From an uncultured Gemmatimonadales bacterium (lineage in GTDB: Bacteria; Gemmatimonadota; Gemmatimonadetes; Longimicrobiales; RSA9): a DNA stretch of 64,000 nt. Position numbers and translations under genes: made by a program. Shown one piece after another: positions 10,233 to 20,088 of the stretch (the first letter of the stretch is position 1; the number at the start of each line of letters is the position of its first letter). Below the pieces are notes generated by a model. It saw nothing but the letters and a program-made list of their open reading frames with translations. It was not told the origin of the DNA and ran no database searches. The stretch lies in assembly GCA_963798845.1 (NCBI GenBank), contig CAWCUS010000001.1, positions 288,001-352,000 on the forward strand. Reading direction: 5' to 3'.

Positions 10233-11131
10233 GACCCCATCCTCAGGTGCGCGTACAGTCCGTCGGCGCCGCGGTGGTCCATCTTCCGGGCGGCCGCGCG
10301 GTTGCCCTGTCGGGCGGCCTCCTCCAGCGACGCCCCCCCGGCGAGCGCCACGAAGCACGTGCCACCCCACACATCGCCGCACCCCGTGGGGTCGCCTCCC
10401 GGCCCTCGACGCTCGGGCGCCACGGGGACGGTGCGAACGGCGTCGCCTTCCCGGTACCGGATCTCCGCCCCGCGCTCCGCCCGCGTGACGAGAAGCGCGC
10501 GGAGCCGGCGTTCCAGGGCGCGTTCCGCCACGGCCGCAGGGTCATCGTCGCCTGCGACCAGGCCGAGCTCCCGCTCGTTCATCTGCACGACCTCGAACGC
10601 CTGCAGCCAGCGATCCCGCTCCGGGAGCAGCCGGGGGACGCGGTGGCCCCCGCTGCCGATCCCGAGCAGGAGCGAGTGGAAGTCGGCGTAGAGGAAGCCG
10701 TCGAACTCGCGGCGCAGCCGCTCCGCTGTCTCGAGCTCGAGCTCGAACCCGGAGATGAGGTTGACGAACAGGGCATCGACCCCCTCCAGCAGCGGTGCCA
10801 GCTCGGCCCATTCCCACCGCGGGACGCCGCCCGTGAGGCATTCGTGCCGGTGCTCGGCATCGTGGTAGCGCAGGTGAACGCGGTTGTTGCGCTCGGGCGT
10901 TTCCACCACGCCGCCGGGCCGCTCCACGGTCGGCAGCGTGTCGAGGAACGCGCGGGCGTGATCCGAGAGGTCGCGGCCGACCTTCATGATCGGCCGGATG
11001 GTCCACCCCGCCGGGAGGGCCGCGGCCGCGGCCGCTAGGGAGTACGAGATGCCGCCCCACCGCTCAACCAGCTCCCCCGCCGGGTGGTCAATGAGGTCCC
11101 ATACCATGGTGCCGAGGATCGCGACGCGCAT
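10229..11131 (-). CDS. PfkB-family carbohydrate kinase
   Basis: GTMVWD, WGGISY, QMNERE, VTRAERGA, DPTGCGDVWGG. Confidence 0.85.
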   Translation of the reverse strand: MRVAILGTMVWDLIDHPAGELVERWGGISYSLAAAAAALPAGWTIRPIMKVGRDLSDHARAFLDTLPTVERPGGVVETPERNNRVHLRYHDAEHRHECLTGGVPRWEWAELAPLLEGVDALFVNLISGFELELETAERLRREFDGFLYADFHSLLLGIGSGGHRVPRLLPERDRWLQAFEVVQMNERELGLVAGDDDPAAVAERALERRLRALLVTRAERGAEIRYREGDAVRTVPVAPERRGPGGDPTGCGDVWGGTCFVALAGGASLEEAARQGNRAAARKMDHRGADGLYAHLRMGS

Positions 11132-11153
11132 TCGGGCTCGTGAACGCCGCGGC

Positions 11154-12161
11154 TCAGACGGCGCCGAGGACTTCGGTCTTGAACATGGCGATGGCGCCGA
11201 TCACTCCAGCCGTGCCCATGAGCTGCGCCGGGACGATGGTGCAGGCCTCCTGCGCGCTCTTGAACGCGCGTCGCCGCACCTCGGCGCGCAGTGGCACGAA
11301 GAGCGTGTCCCCGGCCTTCGTGACGCCGCCCGAGATCACCACCATCTCCGGGTTGAGGATGTTGATGATGTTCGCGACACCGGTGCCGAGGAACTTGGCA
11401 GTCTCCTTCATGACCTCGTTCGCGTACGCGTCGCCGAGGACCGCGCCTTCGTAGACCGTGGCGGCGGTGATCTCCTCGAGGCGGCCGTGCACCAGGTCCG
11501 GCAGCACCGTCTCGGCCCCCGACTCGATCCCTTCAATGGCGCGCAGCGCGATGGCCGGCCCGGAGGCGTAGGCTTCGAGGCAGCCGTAGTTGCCGCACTT
11601 GCACTTCCGTCCGGTGGAGTCAATGGTCATGTGGCCGATCTCGCCGGCCGCGTCGCTTACCCCGTGGAAGATCCTGCCGTTGAGGACGATCCCGCCGCCG
11701 ATTCCGGTCCCGAGCGTCAGCCCGATCAGGTTGTCGACGTCCTTCCCCGCCCCCAGCCACCACTCCCCGTAGGTGGCGCAGTTGGCGTCGTTGTCCAGCG
11801 CGGCCGGGACGCCCAGGGCGTTCGAGATCAGGTCTCGCAGGGGGAAGTTCCGCCAGCCGAGGTTCGGGGTGTTGATGATGGTGCCGGTATCGCGGTCGAG
11901 CGGACCCGGCGAGCCGACGCCCACGCCCGCCACCTGCTCGCGCTTGCCGCCGCCGGCCAGCACCACTTCCCGGATCGCCTCCTCCACCATGTACAGGATG
12001 CGGTCCACCACGAACTTGGCCCCTTTCACCGCCTCGGTCTTCATGGTGCGGAGCCCGAGCACCTCGCCACCGCCACCGTTCAGCGGGAGGATGCCCACGA
12101 CAATGTTCGTGCCGCCGAGGTCCACCCCCACCACCCACCGCGGATCCGATTCGCCAGTCAT
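11154..12161 (-). CDS. ROK-family sugar kinase (glucokinase-like)
   Basis: GVDLGGT, GVGSPGP, NDAN, LGTGIGGG, GEIGH, CKCGNYGCLE. Confidence 0.93.
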   Translation of the reverse strand: MTGESDPRWVVGVDLGGTNIVVGILPLNGGGGEVLGLRTMKTEAVKGAKFVVDRILYMVEEAIREVVLAGGGKREQVAGVGVGSPGPLDRDTGTIINTPNLGWRNFPLRDLISNALGVPAALDNDANCATYGEWWLGAGKDVDNLIGLTLGTGIGGGIVLNGRIFHGVSDAAGEIGHMTIDSTGRKCKCGNYGCLEAYASGPAIALRAIEGIESGAETVLPDLVHGRLEEITAATVYEGAVLGDAYANEVMKETAKFLGTGVANIINILNPEMVVISGGVTKAGDTLFVPLRAEVRRRAFKSAQEACTIVPAQLMGTAGVIGAIAMFKTEVLGAV

Positions 12162-12826
12162 ACGGTCCTCTTCTTCTGCGACTGCGATTGCATTGCCCGT
12201 GTCGGCCGGCGAGCCGGTCCCGCGGCGCCTACGAGCCGGAGGCGGCCCTCGCGCGCATAGCGCTCCACCACCACCCGCTCGAGCTCGAAGGGGTGGCGCT
12301 TCCACCCCTCGAAGGCGAACCCGACAACTGCAATGGACGCGTCCTCCCTGGTGCGCAGATAGTGCTCGAGAACCAGAAATCCCGTGCTCGGCACGCGTGC
12401 TCGAACGCGGGGACGGCCCTGATCGAGCAGCATCCGGAGGCACTCCGCCGCGAACCCCCGGGGCAGGTACACGACCTCTTTCTCCAGCAGGCCGTTCGCT
12501 GCGAGGATACGTCTCGAATATTCGAGGCGCCAGGTCCGATTGGCCAGCCGCAGCGCCGCCTGCTTCCACGACGGATGCGCCGGCCGCGGGAAAAGGATCG
12601 TGGTGCACGCCGCCGTGAACGGCCGCCCGCGCAGGAACCCATCCCGCCCCAGCCGACGGGCCCAGCTGCCCGTGTTGTTCAGCGCCAGCACGTCACAGCG
12701 GGTTCCCGTTTTCCGGCCGTAGTTGGGCGCGGCGTTGAAGCGGACCACGCTCCCCGCGGCGTCCACATCGTCGGCAATGTCGGCGTCCACCAGGCCGTTG
12801 CCGATGATGAAGACGTCCGCGCTCAC
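12158..12826 (-). CDS. GT29 (sialyltransferase)-like glycosyltransferase
   Basis: IIGNG...VVRFN...TGTR (sialylmotif L-like), PSTG (S-like), HPFELE (VS-like HxxxxE). Confidence 0.65.
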   Translation of the reverse strand: MSADVFIIGNGLVDADIADDVDAAGSVVRFNAAPNYGRKTGTRCDVLALNNTGSWARRLGRDGFLRGRPFTAACTTILFPRPAHPSWKQAALRLANRTWRLEYSRRILAANGLLEKEVVYLPRGFAAECLRMLLDQGRPRVRARVPSTGFLVLEHYLRTREDASIAVVGFAFEGWKRHPFELERVVVERYAREGRLRLVGAAGPARRPTRAMQSQSQKKRTV

Positions 12827-13677
12827 GGGCGGACGCTCCGTTCCATGCCGCACGGCGTGAACGTCCGGCGCCGGCGCCGCGTCTCGGCGCGGATCGACCG
12901 GTTCCGCTCCAGCATCTCCGCGGTCACGTAACCCCGGGAGTGGTGGAGATGGAGGCACTTCGCGCGGTAGCGGATGCGGCGGGGCCGCACTCCGCGGTTA
13001 CGCAGCCGGTCCCCCATCTCCCCGTCCTCGCCCCCGTACCCCATCCGCTCGTCGAACCCGTTCACCGCCACGACGTCGACCTTCCAGGCGGAGGAGTTGT
13101 GGCCGTTCCACGTGGCCGGCGTGGGAACCACGGCGTCGAGAACGGCCGCCAGCCGCCCTTCCGCAGTGAGTTTGAGGGTCCGCTTCGAGCGCCGCAATCC
13201 ACGCTGCTCCAGCCACCGGATGTCGAACGCCGAACCGCTCTCCACGCTTTCGCGCGACACCGCCGCGGAAGCCTCCGCCGGCAGCTTGAGGTAACCGCCG
13301 GAGAGAAACCGGCCGCGGGCGGCGAGGCGTCGGTGGACGGCCACGAAGTCGCGCCGGGGGACGCAGTCGCCGTCGCTCAGGATCAGGTACTCGCCCGGGG
13401 CGTCGCGGATCGCCTCGTTCAGGATCCGGCACTTGCGGAAGCCGCGGTCCTCCTGCCAGACGTGGCGCAGCTCGAGGCCGGTGGCGCCCCGGAGCGTGTC
13501 GATCCGGGCCGCGGTCTCGGCCGAGGAGCCGTCGTCGGCGACGACGATGTCGAAATCCCGGTCGGTCTGGCAGGCGTAGCCCCAGAGCACCTTTTCCAGG
13601 TAGTCCGGGCTGTTGTAGGTCGAGAGGATGACCGTGACGCCCGGGGTCCGCCGCTGCCCGCTCACCGTGGCTGCCAT
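12823..13677 (-). CDS. GT2 glycosyltransferase with galactosyltransferase-like C-terminal region
   Basis: VILSTYN, VADDGS, SDGDC, VNGFDERMGYGGED, HLHH. Confidence 0.9.
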   Translation of the reverse strand: MAATVSGQRRTPGVTVILSTYNSPDYLEKVLWGYACQTDRDFDIVVADDGSSAETAARIDTLRGATGLELRHVWQEDRGFRKCRILNEAIRDAPGEYLILSDGDCVPRRDFVAVHRRLAARGRFLSGGYLKLPAEASAAVSRESVESGSAFDIRWLEQRGLRRSKRTLKLTAEGRLAAVLDAVVPTPATWNGHNSSAWKVDVVAVNGFDERMGYGGEDGEMGDRLRNRGVRPRRIRYRAKCLHLHHSRGYVTAEMLERNRSIRAETRRRRRTFTPCGMERSVRP

Positions 13678-13703
13678 CGCGCGGCCGGGTCGCGCCGCTC
13701 CGC

Positions 13704-15503
13704 TCAGTCCCCGACCTGCAGGACGGCCAGGAAGGCTTCCTGCGGGATCTCCACTGTGCCCACCTGCTTCATGCGCCGCTTCCCTTCCTTCTGCTTCTCG
13801 AGGAGCTTGCGCTTGCGCGTGATGTCGCCGCCGTAGCACTTGGCCGTGACGTCCTTCCGCACGGCCTTCACCGTGGTCCGGGCTATGATCTTCGTGCTGA
13901 TCGCCGCCTGTATCGCCACCTCGAACTGCTGACGCGGGATCAGCTCCTTCAGCTTCGACGCCATGTCCCGGCCGTACTCGAACGCCTTGTCCCGATGGAT
14001 GATCACGCTGAACGCATCGATCGGATCGCCGTTGATGAGCATGTCCAGCTTCACCAGGTCGTTCGCCCTGTACTCCACGAACTCCCAGTCGAGCGACGCG
14101 TAGCCGCGCGTGCCGCCCTTCAGCTTGTCGTAGAAATCCAGCACCACTTCGGCCAGAGGGATCTCGTACAGGAACTCGACACGCGTGGGATCCAGGTAGT
14201 GCATGTGCACGTACTCCCCCCGCCGGTCGTGCACCAGCTTCTGGACGTTCCCGATGTAGTCGCTCGGGCACAGGATCCGCGCCCGCACATACGGCTCCTC
14301 GATCCGGTCGATCTTCCCCCGCTCCGGCATGGCCGACGGGTTCTCGATCATCATGGTGGAGGCGTCCGTCATCACCACGTGGTACTCCACGTTGGGCACC
14401 GTGGTGATGAGATCCAGGTCGAACTCCCGCTCCAGCCGCTCCTGCACGATCTCCATGTGCAGCAGCCCCAGAAACCCGCAGCGGAAGCCGAAGCCCAGCG
14501 CCATCGACGTCTCGGGCTCGTAGTGCAGGCTCGCGTCGTTCAGCCTCAGCCGCTCCAGCGCGTCCCGCAGCTCCTCGTAATAGTCCGCATCCGTGGGGTA
14601 CAGCCCGCTGAACACCATGGGCTTCACGTCCTGGTAGCCCGGGAGCAGCGCCACGTCCGGATGCTCCGCGTCCAGGATCGTGTCCCCCACCTTCGTGTCG
14701 CTGATCCGCTTGATGGCCGCGATCACGTAGCCCACGTCCCCGGGCCGCAGCTCCTTCTGCTTCACGCGGCCGAGACGCATGATCCCCACCTCGTCCACCT
14801 CGTGCTCCGCGTGGCTCGTGCCGAACGCGATGCGCATGCCCGCCCGGATCGAGCCGTCGACCACCCGGATGCTCGGCACCGCCCCCTGGTACTGGTCGTA
14901 GAACGAGTCGAAGATCAGCGCCCGCAACGGAGCGTCTGCGTCTCCTTCCGGAGGCGGTACCCGGGCGATGATGCGCTCCAGCAGCGCGTCCACCCCCGTC
15001 CCCTCCTTCGCGCTCACCAGCAGCACGTCCTCCGGCTCGCAGCCCAGAAGGTCCACCAGCTCCTCGCGCCGCTTCTCCGGCTCCGCCCCCGGGAGGTCGA
15101 TCTTGTTCAGGACCGGGATCACCTCGAGCCCGGCCTCGATCGCCAGGAAGAGGTTCGACAGCGTCTGCGCCTGGACCCCCTGCGACGCGTCCACCACCAG
15201 CACCGCGCCCTCGCACGCCGCCAGGCTCCGGCTCACCTCGTACGTGAAGTCGACGTGCCCGGGCGTGTCGATCAGGTTCAGCTCGTACGTGTGCCCGTCC
15301 GCCGCCCGATAGTCCATCTTGATGGCGTGCAGCTTGATCGTGATCCCCCGCTCCCGCTCCAGCTCGTTGGAGTCCAGCACCTGCTCGCGCATCTCCCGCT
15401 TGTCGAGCGTATGTGTCTGCTCCAGCAGCCGGTCGGCCAGCGTCGACTTCCCGTGGTCGATGTGGGCGACGATGCAGAAGTTGCGGATTCGGGAAATGCG
15501 CAC
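13704..15503 (-). CDS. lepA: Elongation factor 4 (LepA)
   Basis: [58 protein letters not shown]. Confidence 0.99.
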   Translation of the reverse strand: MRISRIRNFCIVAHIDHGKSTLADRLLEQTHTLDKREMREQVLDSNELERERGITIKLHAIKMDYRAADGHTYELNLIDTPGHVDFTYEVSRSLAACEGAVLVVDASQGVQAQTLSNLFLAIEAGLEVIPVLNKIDLPGAEPEKRREELVDLLGCEPEDVLLVSAKEGTGVDALLERIIARVPPPEGDADAPLRALIFDSFYDQYQGAVPSIRVVDGSIRAGMRIAFGTSHAEHEVDEVGIMRLGRVKQKELRPGDVGYVIAAIKRISDTKVGDTILDAEHPDVALLPGYQDVKPMVFSGLYPTDADYYEELRDALERLRLNDASLHYEPETSMALGFGFRCGFLGLLHMEIVQERLEREFDLDLITTVPNVEYHVVMTDASTMMIENPSAMPERGKIDRIEEPYVRARILCPSDYIGNVQKLVHDRRGEYVHMHYLDPTRVEFLYEIPLAEVVLDFYDKLKGGTRGYASLDWEFVEYRANDLVKLDMLINGDPIDAFSVIIHRDKAFEYGRDMASKLKELIPRQQFEVAIQAAISTKIIARTTVKAVRKDVTAKCYGGDITRKRKLLEKQKEGKRRMKQVGTVEIPQEAFLAVLQVGD

Positions 15504-15587
15504 GCGCGTTTCGGCTCGGTTCCGGGTTCGAGAACCGTTCAAGATAGCGGAAACACCCGTCCCAGGGGAGCGCCGACACGCGCGTCT

Positions 15588-15618
15588 GGCCGACGCAGCG
15601 GCCGACGCAGCGGCCGAC
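15588..15618. repeat. Short tandem repeat, GGCCGACGCAGC x2.6
   Basis: Two exact 12-nt units plus a partial third upstream of lepA. Confidence 0.7.
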
Positions 15619-15818
15619 TAGCGATCGGCGCCGGCGTAGCGGCGGATGCGGCGGGCTGCGAACGCCCCGATGGCCAGCGCCAGCACCAGGGCGACAGCGG
15701 CGGCGATCCACCACACTGCCTCTCCGACGGCGAGCGCGTGGCCGGCGAAGTACGCCACCAGAACGGCGCACGCGGCAGCCGCGAGCGAGAGGATCGAATC
15801 AATGAACTTGAGCCCCAT
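15618..15818 (-). CDS. Small two-TM membrane protein
   Basis: 66 aa, MGLKFIDSILSLAAAACAVLVAYF...WWIAAAVALVLALAIGAF; GGAG upstream. Confidence 0.65.
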   Translation of the reverse strand: MGLKFIDSILSLAAAACAVLVAYFAGHALAVGEAVWWIAAAVALVLALAIGAFAARRIRRYAGADR

Positions 15819-15856
15819 GGTCGATCTCCGTTCGAGATTTTCGGCTTGCGGGAGGG

Positions 15857-17524
15857 TCAGCGGCCGGACGTGAGCCGGCGGACCTCGGCGAGGCCCTCGT
15901 GCGTCCAGCGCGGCGGATCGTCCGCGTTGGCGATGCGGTCCGCGATGAGGAAGACGAGGCGGGCGACGCGGGCGTTCTTGTCGGTGTCGATCTTCTGCAT
16001 TTCGTCGCCCGGGCGGTGATAGTCGTCGTGCGTCCCTGCGAAGAAGAAGAGCGCCGGGATCTCCCGCACTGCGAAGCTGAAATGGTCGCTCCGGAAGAAG
16101 AAGCGCTGTTCGGGCCAGAGGTCGTCGGCGAGGGTGAGGCCGAGGCCAGGGTTGTCGCGCGCGACGTCGTGGGCAAGCGGACCCAGGGAAGAGTAGTCCT
16201 GGCCGATGACGACGATGGTGTCCGGGGCGTTCCGGCCCACCATGTCCAGGTTCAGGTCGGCGACGATCCGGTCCAGCGGGACTGTGGGGTGCTCGGTGAA
16301 CCACCGCGACCCGAGCAGCCCCTTCTCCTCGCCGCTGACCGTGAGGAAGAGCAGCGAGCGTCGGGGCGGCGACGCAAGCGAGGCGAAAGCCTCCGCGATC
16401 TCGATCACGGCGGCGGTGCCGGACGCGTCGTCGTCTGCGCCGTTGTAGATGGAGTCCCCGTCCACCGGCGGTCCGACGCCGAGGTGGTCCATGTGCGATG
16501 TCACGAGCACGTACGTGCCGCGCAGAGTGGAATCGCTCCCGGGCAGGAGCGCGACCACGTTGGGCGCTTCGGCGTCGTCCAGCGACCGGACTGGCGCGCT
16601 CAGCGACACCGTGAGACCTGGCAGTGCGACCGGGTGCCTCGGCCCGCCCCCGACCAGCGCCGACGGATCGAGGCCGGCCATGCGCAGGATGCGGAGCGTG
16701 GCCGGCCGACCAACGAAGAACAGCGGCGGGCGGGCGCCCGTGCCGGCCGTTCCAGCCGTGCTGGCCGTATCGGCGGCGCCGGGGGTATCGGCCATGCCGG
16801 CCACACTGGCCGTGTCGGCCGCGTCGGCCATGTCGGGCGGGGTGCTGGCGTACGCACGGGCGGGGCGTGCGGTGGCCTGGGCGAGCGCGGCGATCTCCCG
16901 TTCGGTGATGCGCGGGTCCAGCAGGAATGCGACGGCGGCCGCGCCTGCGTCCCGGGCAGCGTCCGCGGCCGCCGCGATGGCGGCGCGGGTCTCCCGCGGG
17001 AAGCGGTAGCCGCGGGGTCCGGATTCCGGCACGCCCTCGAGCTGCACCAGCGCCACACGGCCACGGAGCTCTCCGCTCCGTGCTCCCGCGAGCGCGTCGG
17101 TGGATCCGACGAGAATGGCACCCGCGCGCGTGTCCGGGAGGTCTCCCGCCACCGCGTAGAAATCCGATCCGTACGTCAGGGTGTGGCTTGCCCCGGCACT
17201 GATCTGGAAGCGGGCGCGCGCAACGTCGAGGACGCGGAGCGGGTACGGGTAGCGCTGGAGCCAGCCTTCCGATCCGGCTGGCAGGAGGCCGAAATCGGCG
17301 AACTGCCGGGCGATCCAGGCGGCGGCGGAGTCCAGGCCCGGGCTCGGCGTCCCACGCCCCCGCAGCCGGTCGCTGGCCAGGTAGGCGATGCGATCGCGGA
17401 TGTCGGCGGGCGTGATGGTGGCCACCGCGTCCGCGAGCCTGGCGCGGTCCGCGGGGTGTTCCGCGGAGCGAGGAGCGCACGCGGCGAGGGCGGCGGCCAG
17501 GAGCATATAGGGGGCGTGTCGCAT
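15857..17524 (-). CDS. M28-family peptidase, lipoprotein
   Basis: Lipobox [44 protein letters not shown]. Confidence 0.93.
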   Translation of the reverse strand: MRHAPYMLLAAALAACAPRSAEHPADRARLADAVATITPADIRDRIAYLASDRLRGRGTPSPGLDSAAAWIARQFADFGLLPAGSEGWLQRYPYPLRVLDVARARFQISAGASHTLTYGSDFYAVAGDLPDTRAGAILVGSTDALAGARSGELRGRVALVQLEGVPESGPRGYRFPRETRAAIAAAADAARDAGAAAVAFLLDPRITEREIAALAQATARPARAYASTPPDMADAADTASVAGMADTPGAADTASTAGTAGTGARPPLFFVGRPATLRILRMAGLDPSALVGGGPRHPVALPGLTVSLSAPVRSLDDAEAPNVVALLPGSDSTLRGTYVLVTSHMDHLGVGPPVDGDSIYNGADDDASGTAAVIEIAEAFASLASPPRRSLLFLTVSGEEKGLLGSRWFTEHPTVPLDRIVADLNLDMVGRNAPDTIVVIGQDYSSLGPLAHDVARDNPGLGLTLADDLWPEQRFFFRSDHFSFAVREIPALFFFAGTHDDYHRPGDEMQKIDTDKNARVARLVFLIADRIANADDPPRWTHEGLAEVRRLTSGR

Positions 17525-17645
17525 TGGGTCCGTCGCTGAAGGCTTCCGGGACGGCGGAAGGTAGGGGAAGGGAGGGCGGGAATCCAGACGCGGTCGCGCC
17601 GCGACGAGTCCCTGGTCCGCAACGTGCGCTCGGTGGCACGCGCCC

Positions 17646-18581
17646 ATGACCGACAAGCCGCGACCCGACCTGCTGCGCGAAGGCCGCGCCGACCTGCTCG
17701 CACCGCACCAGCTGGCGGCGCTGGGCGGGCTGGAATTCGTCGCCAGTCGCGTGGTCGAGGGACTGCTCACCGGGCTCCACCGCTCGCCGCACCGGGGGTT
17801 CAGCGTCGAGTTCGCGGAGCACCGGCCGTACCAGCCCGGTGATGACCTCCGCTTCGTCGACTGGCGGATGTTCGGGCGCTCCGACCGGTATTACGTGAAG
17901 CAGTTCGAGGAGGAGACGAGCCTCCGCGCCACCCTCCTCGTCGACCTGAGTGCGTCCATGGACTGGAGCTCCGACCCCGGCGGAGGGCTCCCCACCAAGC
18001 TGTGGTACGCGCGCCAGCTCGCGGCCGCGCTCGCGCTGCTCCTGTCACGGCAGGGGGACGCGGTGGGCCTCACTGCCTTCGACGAGGTGGTCCGCTCTCG
18101 GCTGGCGCCGAGAGGAGGGCGCGCCCACTGGCACACGGTTGTCCGCCAGCTCGAGGGGCTGAAGCCCGGCGGCCGCACTGATGCGGCCTCCCCGCTCCGA
18201 GACGTGGCGGCGCGGATGCGCCGGCGCGGCCTCGCCGTCCTGATCTCCGACCTCCTGGTCGACCCCGAGCAGACGCGTCTCGCGCTCCGCATGCTCCGCC
18301 ACCAGGGTCACGAGGTGCTGGTCTTCCACCTCATGGATCCGGGCGAGCGCGACCTACCGACGGTCCGGGACGCCCGCTTTGTCGACCCCGAGAGCGGCGA
18401 GGAGATCCCGGCGACCACCGCAGACCTCAGGACTGCCTACCGCCGCGCGGTGGAGGAAGCAGTGGACGAGTGGCGGGGAGCACTCTCTCCCGAAGGCATG
18501 GATTACCACCTGGTCCAGACCGATCAGCCGATGGCGCTCGCGCTCCGGCAGTACATCCGCCGCCGCGAGTCCATTCGCTGA
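17646..18581 (+). CDS. DUF58 (MoxR-associated vWA-like) protein
   Basis: GLHRSPHRGFSVEFAEHRPYQPGDDLRFVDW, DLSASM, LISDL. Confidence 0.93.
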   Translation: MTDKPRPDLLREGRADLLAPHQLAALGGLEFVASRVVEGLLTGLHRSPHRGFSVEFAEHRPYQPGDDLRFVDWRMFGRSDRYYVKQFEEETSLRATLLVDLSASMDWSSDPGGGLPTKLWYARQLAAALALLLSRQGDAVGLTAFDEVVRSRLAPRGGRAHWHTVVRQLEGLKPGGRTDAASPLRDVAARMRRRGLAVLISDLLVDPEQTRLALRMLRHQGHEVLVFHLMDPGERDLPTVRDARFVDPESGEEIPATTADLRTAYRRAVEEAVDEWRGALSPEGMDYHLVQTDQPMALALRQYIRRRESIR

Positions 18582-18618
18582 GCGCGACACCCGAAAGTGG
18601 GCCGGGGATCGGTGGCGA

Positions 18619-19971
18619 TCAGTCGCGGGGCAGGACCAGGTCGGCGCGCTCGGCGCGGCCGGAAACCAGACGCACTGCCGTCGGCGCTGGAGCGGTGGCG
18701 CCGGCTTCCCCGCGGGGGTCGGTGACGCGGATGGTGTAGGCGCCGGCGGGCACGCCGGCGAGCCGGTAGGAGCCGTCGCCGCCGGTGATCGCACGGTAGC
18801 GGGTGCCCGCGAGCTCGACGGCGACCCCGACCAGCGGGGTCCCGTCCGACCCCGACACGACGCCGTAGAGCGTGGCCCCGGCGGCCAGGGCGAGTGGCTC
18901 GCCGGTGGCCGTCCGCACGCTCCGCAGCTCGGCCCCGTGCTCCTTGATGGTCACCAGCTGGAGCGCGTTGTCCGACGTCCCGTAGCCCCCCACCTCCTTG
19001 AGCTGGAGCGGCATGCGGATGACCCACCGCTCCACAACCCAGGCCCCCGTGGCGAGGTGGGCGAACTCCACGCGTCCGCCCAGCTGCGCCCAGTCCCCAT
19101 AGCCGAATGGGAGCCCCTCATACGTGAAGTCGAGCCGGCGGAGCTCGGCCGTGCTGCGCTGGAGCCAGAGCGCCCCTTTCACGTCGGGGAGCGATCGCCC
19201 GGGAACCGGCTCGAAGCCGAGACCGATCAGGTCGTCCTCACCCGACGGCGGCCCACGCGCGACGAAGCAGTGGGTATCGAGGAAAGTCTCGGAGAGCAGC
19301 ACCTCGGCATCGGGTGCGTAGTAGTCGACGCTCCCGTCCGCCGCCTCCTGGACGTACCCGTCCGCCGCCAGACGCTCCGCCGGGATGCTCCTGTACATGC
19401 CGCTGGCGGAGCTTCCCGCCCGCGGCTTCTCGGTGGCGCTGGTCGCCTCGCCGGAGCGCACGTCCACCACCCGATCGAACTCCACGGCGTGGAAACGCAG
19501 AACCCGCTGCTGCTCGCTCCAGCGCGCCACCTCGAGCGCCTTCCGGGCCTCGTCCCACAGCCGCGCGGTGGCCTCGCCGGCGCCCGGCCTCCGCCGGCAC
19601 CTCGCACCCGCCTCCACCTCGATCCCCTCCAGCGTCACCGCTTCGACCGGGACGGTCAGGTCGCGCTGGACGGTCGCCCCGTGCTCGAGTGCGACGGGGT
19701 CGGTTCGCGCGGTGGCATGCCCGATGAGCTCGGCCAGGATCCGGAAGCGGCCCGGGGTGGCGCGGAGATGGTAGCGCCCGTCCGCGCCCGTGAGGACGCC
19801 CAGGTGCCGCTCGCCGTCTTCCGACTCGAGCACGACGAAGACGCCCTCCAGCGGCTGCTGCGTCCCCGCCTCGATCACCCGCCCCACCACCGTCTGCGCC
19901 GGAGCCCGGCCGACCACGGCGAGGAGCGCGAGGAACACCCACACGTGGGCCCCGGCGCGTCGTATGCTCAT
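18619..19971 (-). CDS. Exported protein with two carboxypeptidase-regulatory-like domains
   Basis: Signal peptide; VVGRVIEAGTQQPLEG...TGADGRY; YYAPDAEVLLSETFLDTHCF; second GVVSGSDGTPL...DGSYRL. Confidence 0.8.
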   Translation of the reverse strand: MSIRRAGAHVWVFLALLAVVGRAPAQTVVGRVIEAGTQQPLEGVFVVLESEDGERHLGVLTGADGRYHLRATPGRFRILAELIGHATARTDPVALEHGATVQRDLTVPVEAVTLEGIEVEAGARCRRRPGAGEATARLWDEARKALEVARWSEQQRVLRFHAVEFDRVVDVRSGEATSATEKPRAGSSASGMYRSIPAERLAADGYVQEAADGSVDYYAPDAEVLLSETFLDTHCFVARGPPSGEDDLIGLGFEPVPGRSLPDVKGALWLQRSTAELRRLDFTYEGLPFGYGDWAQLGGRVEFAHLATGAWVVERWVIRMPLQLKEVGGYGTSDNALQLVTIKEHGAELRSVRTATGEPLALAAGATLYGVVSGSDGTPLVGVAVELAGTRYRAITGGDGSYRLAGVPAGAYTIRVTDPRGEAGATAPAPTAVRLVSGRAERADLVLPRD

Positions 19972-20030
19972 GATGTCCCCAGTGTGCGCCGCCGCCCTCG
20001 AATTGTCCAGTGACGGGAGCCCCCGGCGGA

Positions 20031-20058
20031 TTGACGCGGATTGTGCCTCCGTTAGGTT
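20031..20058 (+). promoter_or_regulatory. Putative sigma70 promoter for the BatA-like gene/mfd
   Basis: TTGACG-N16-TAGGTT. Confidence 0.5.
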
Positions 20059-20088
20059 CAGCCCGACCATGGAGCATTCAGCGAATAC

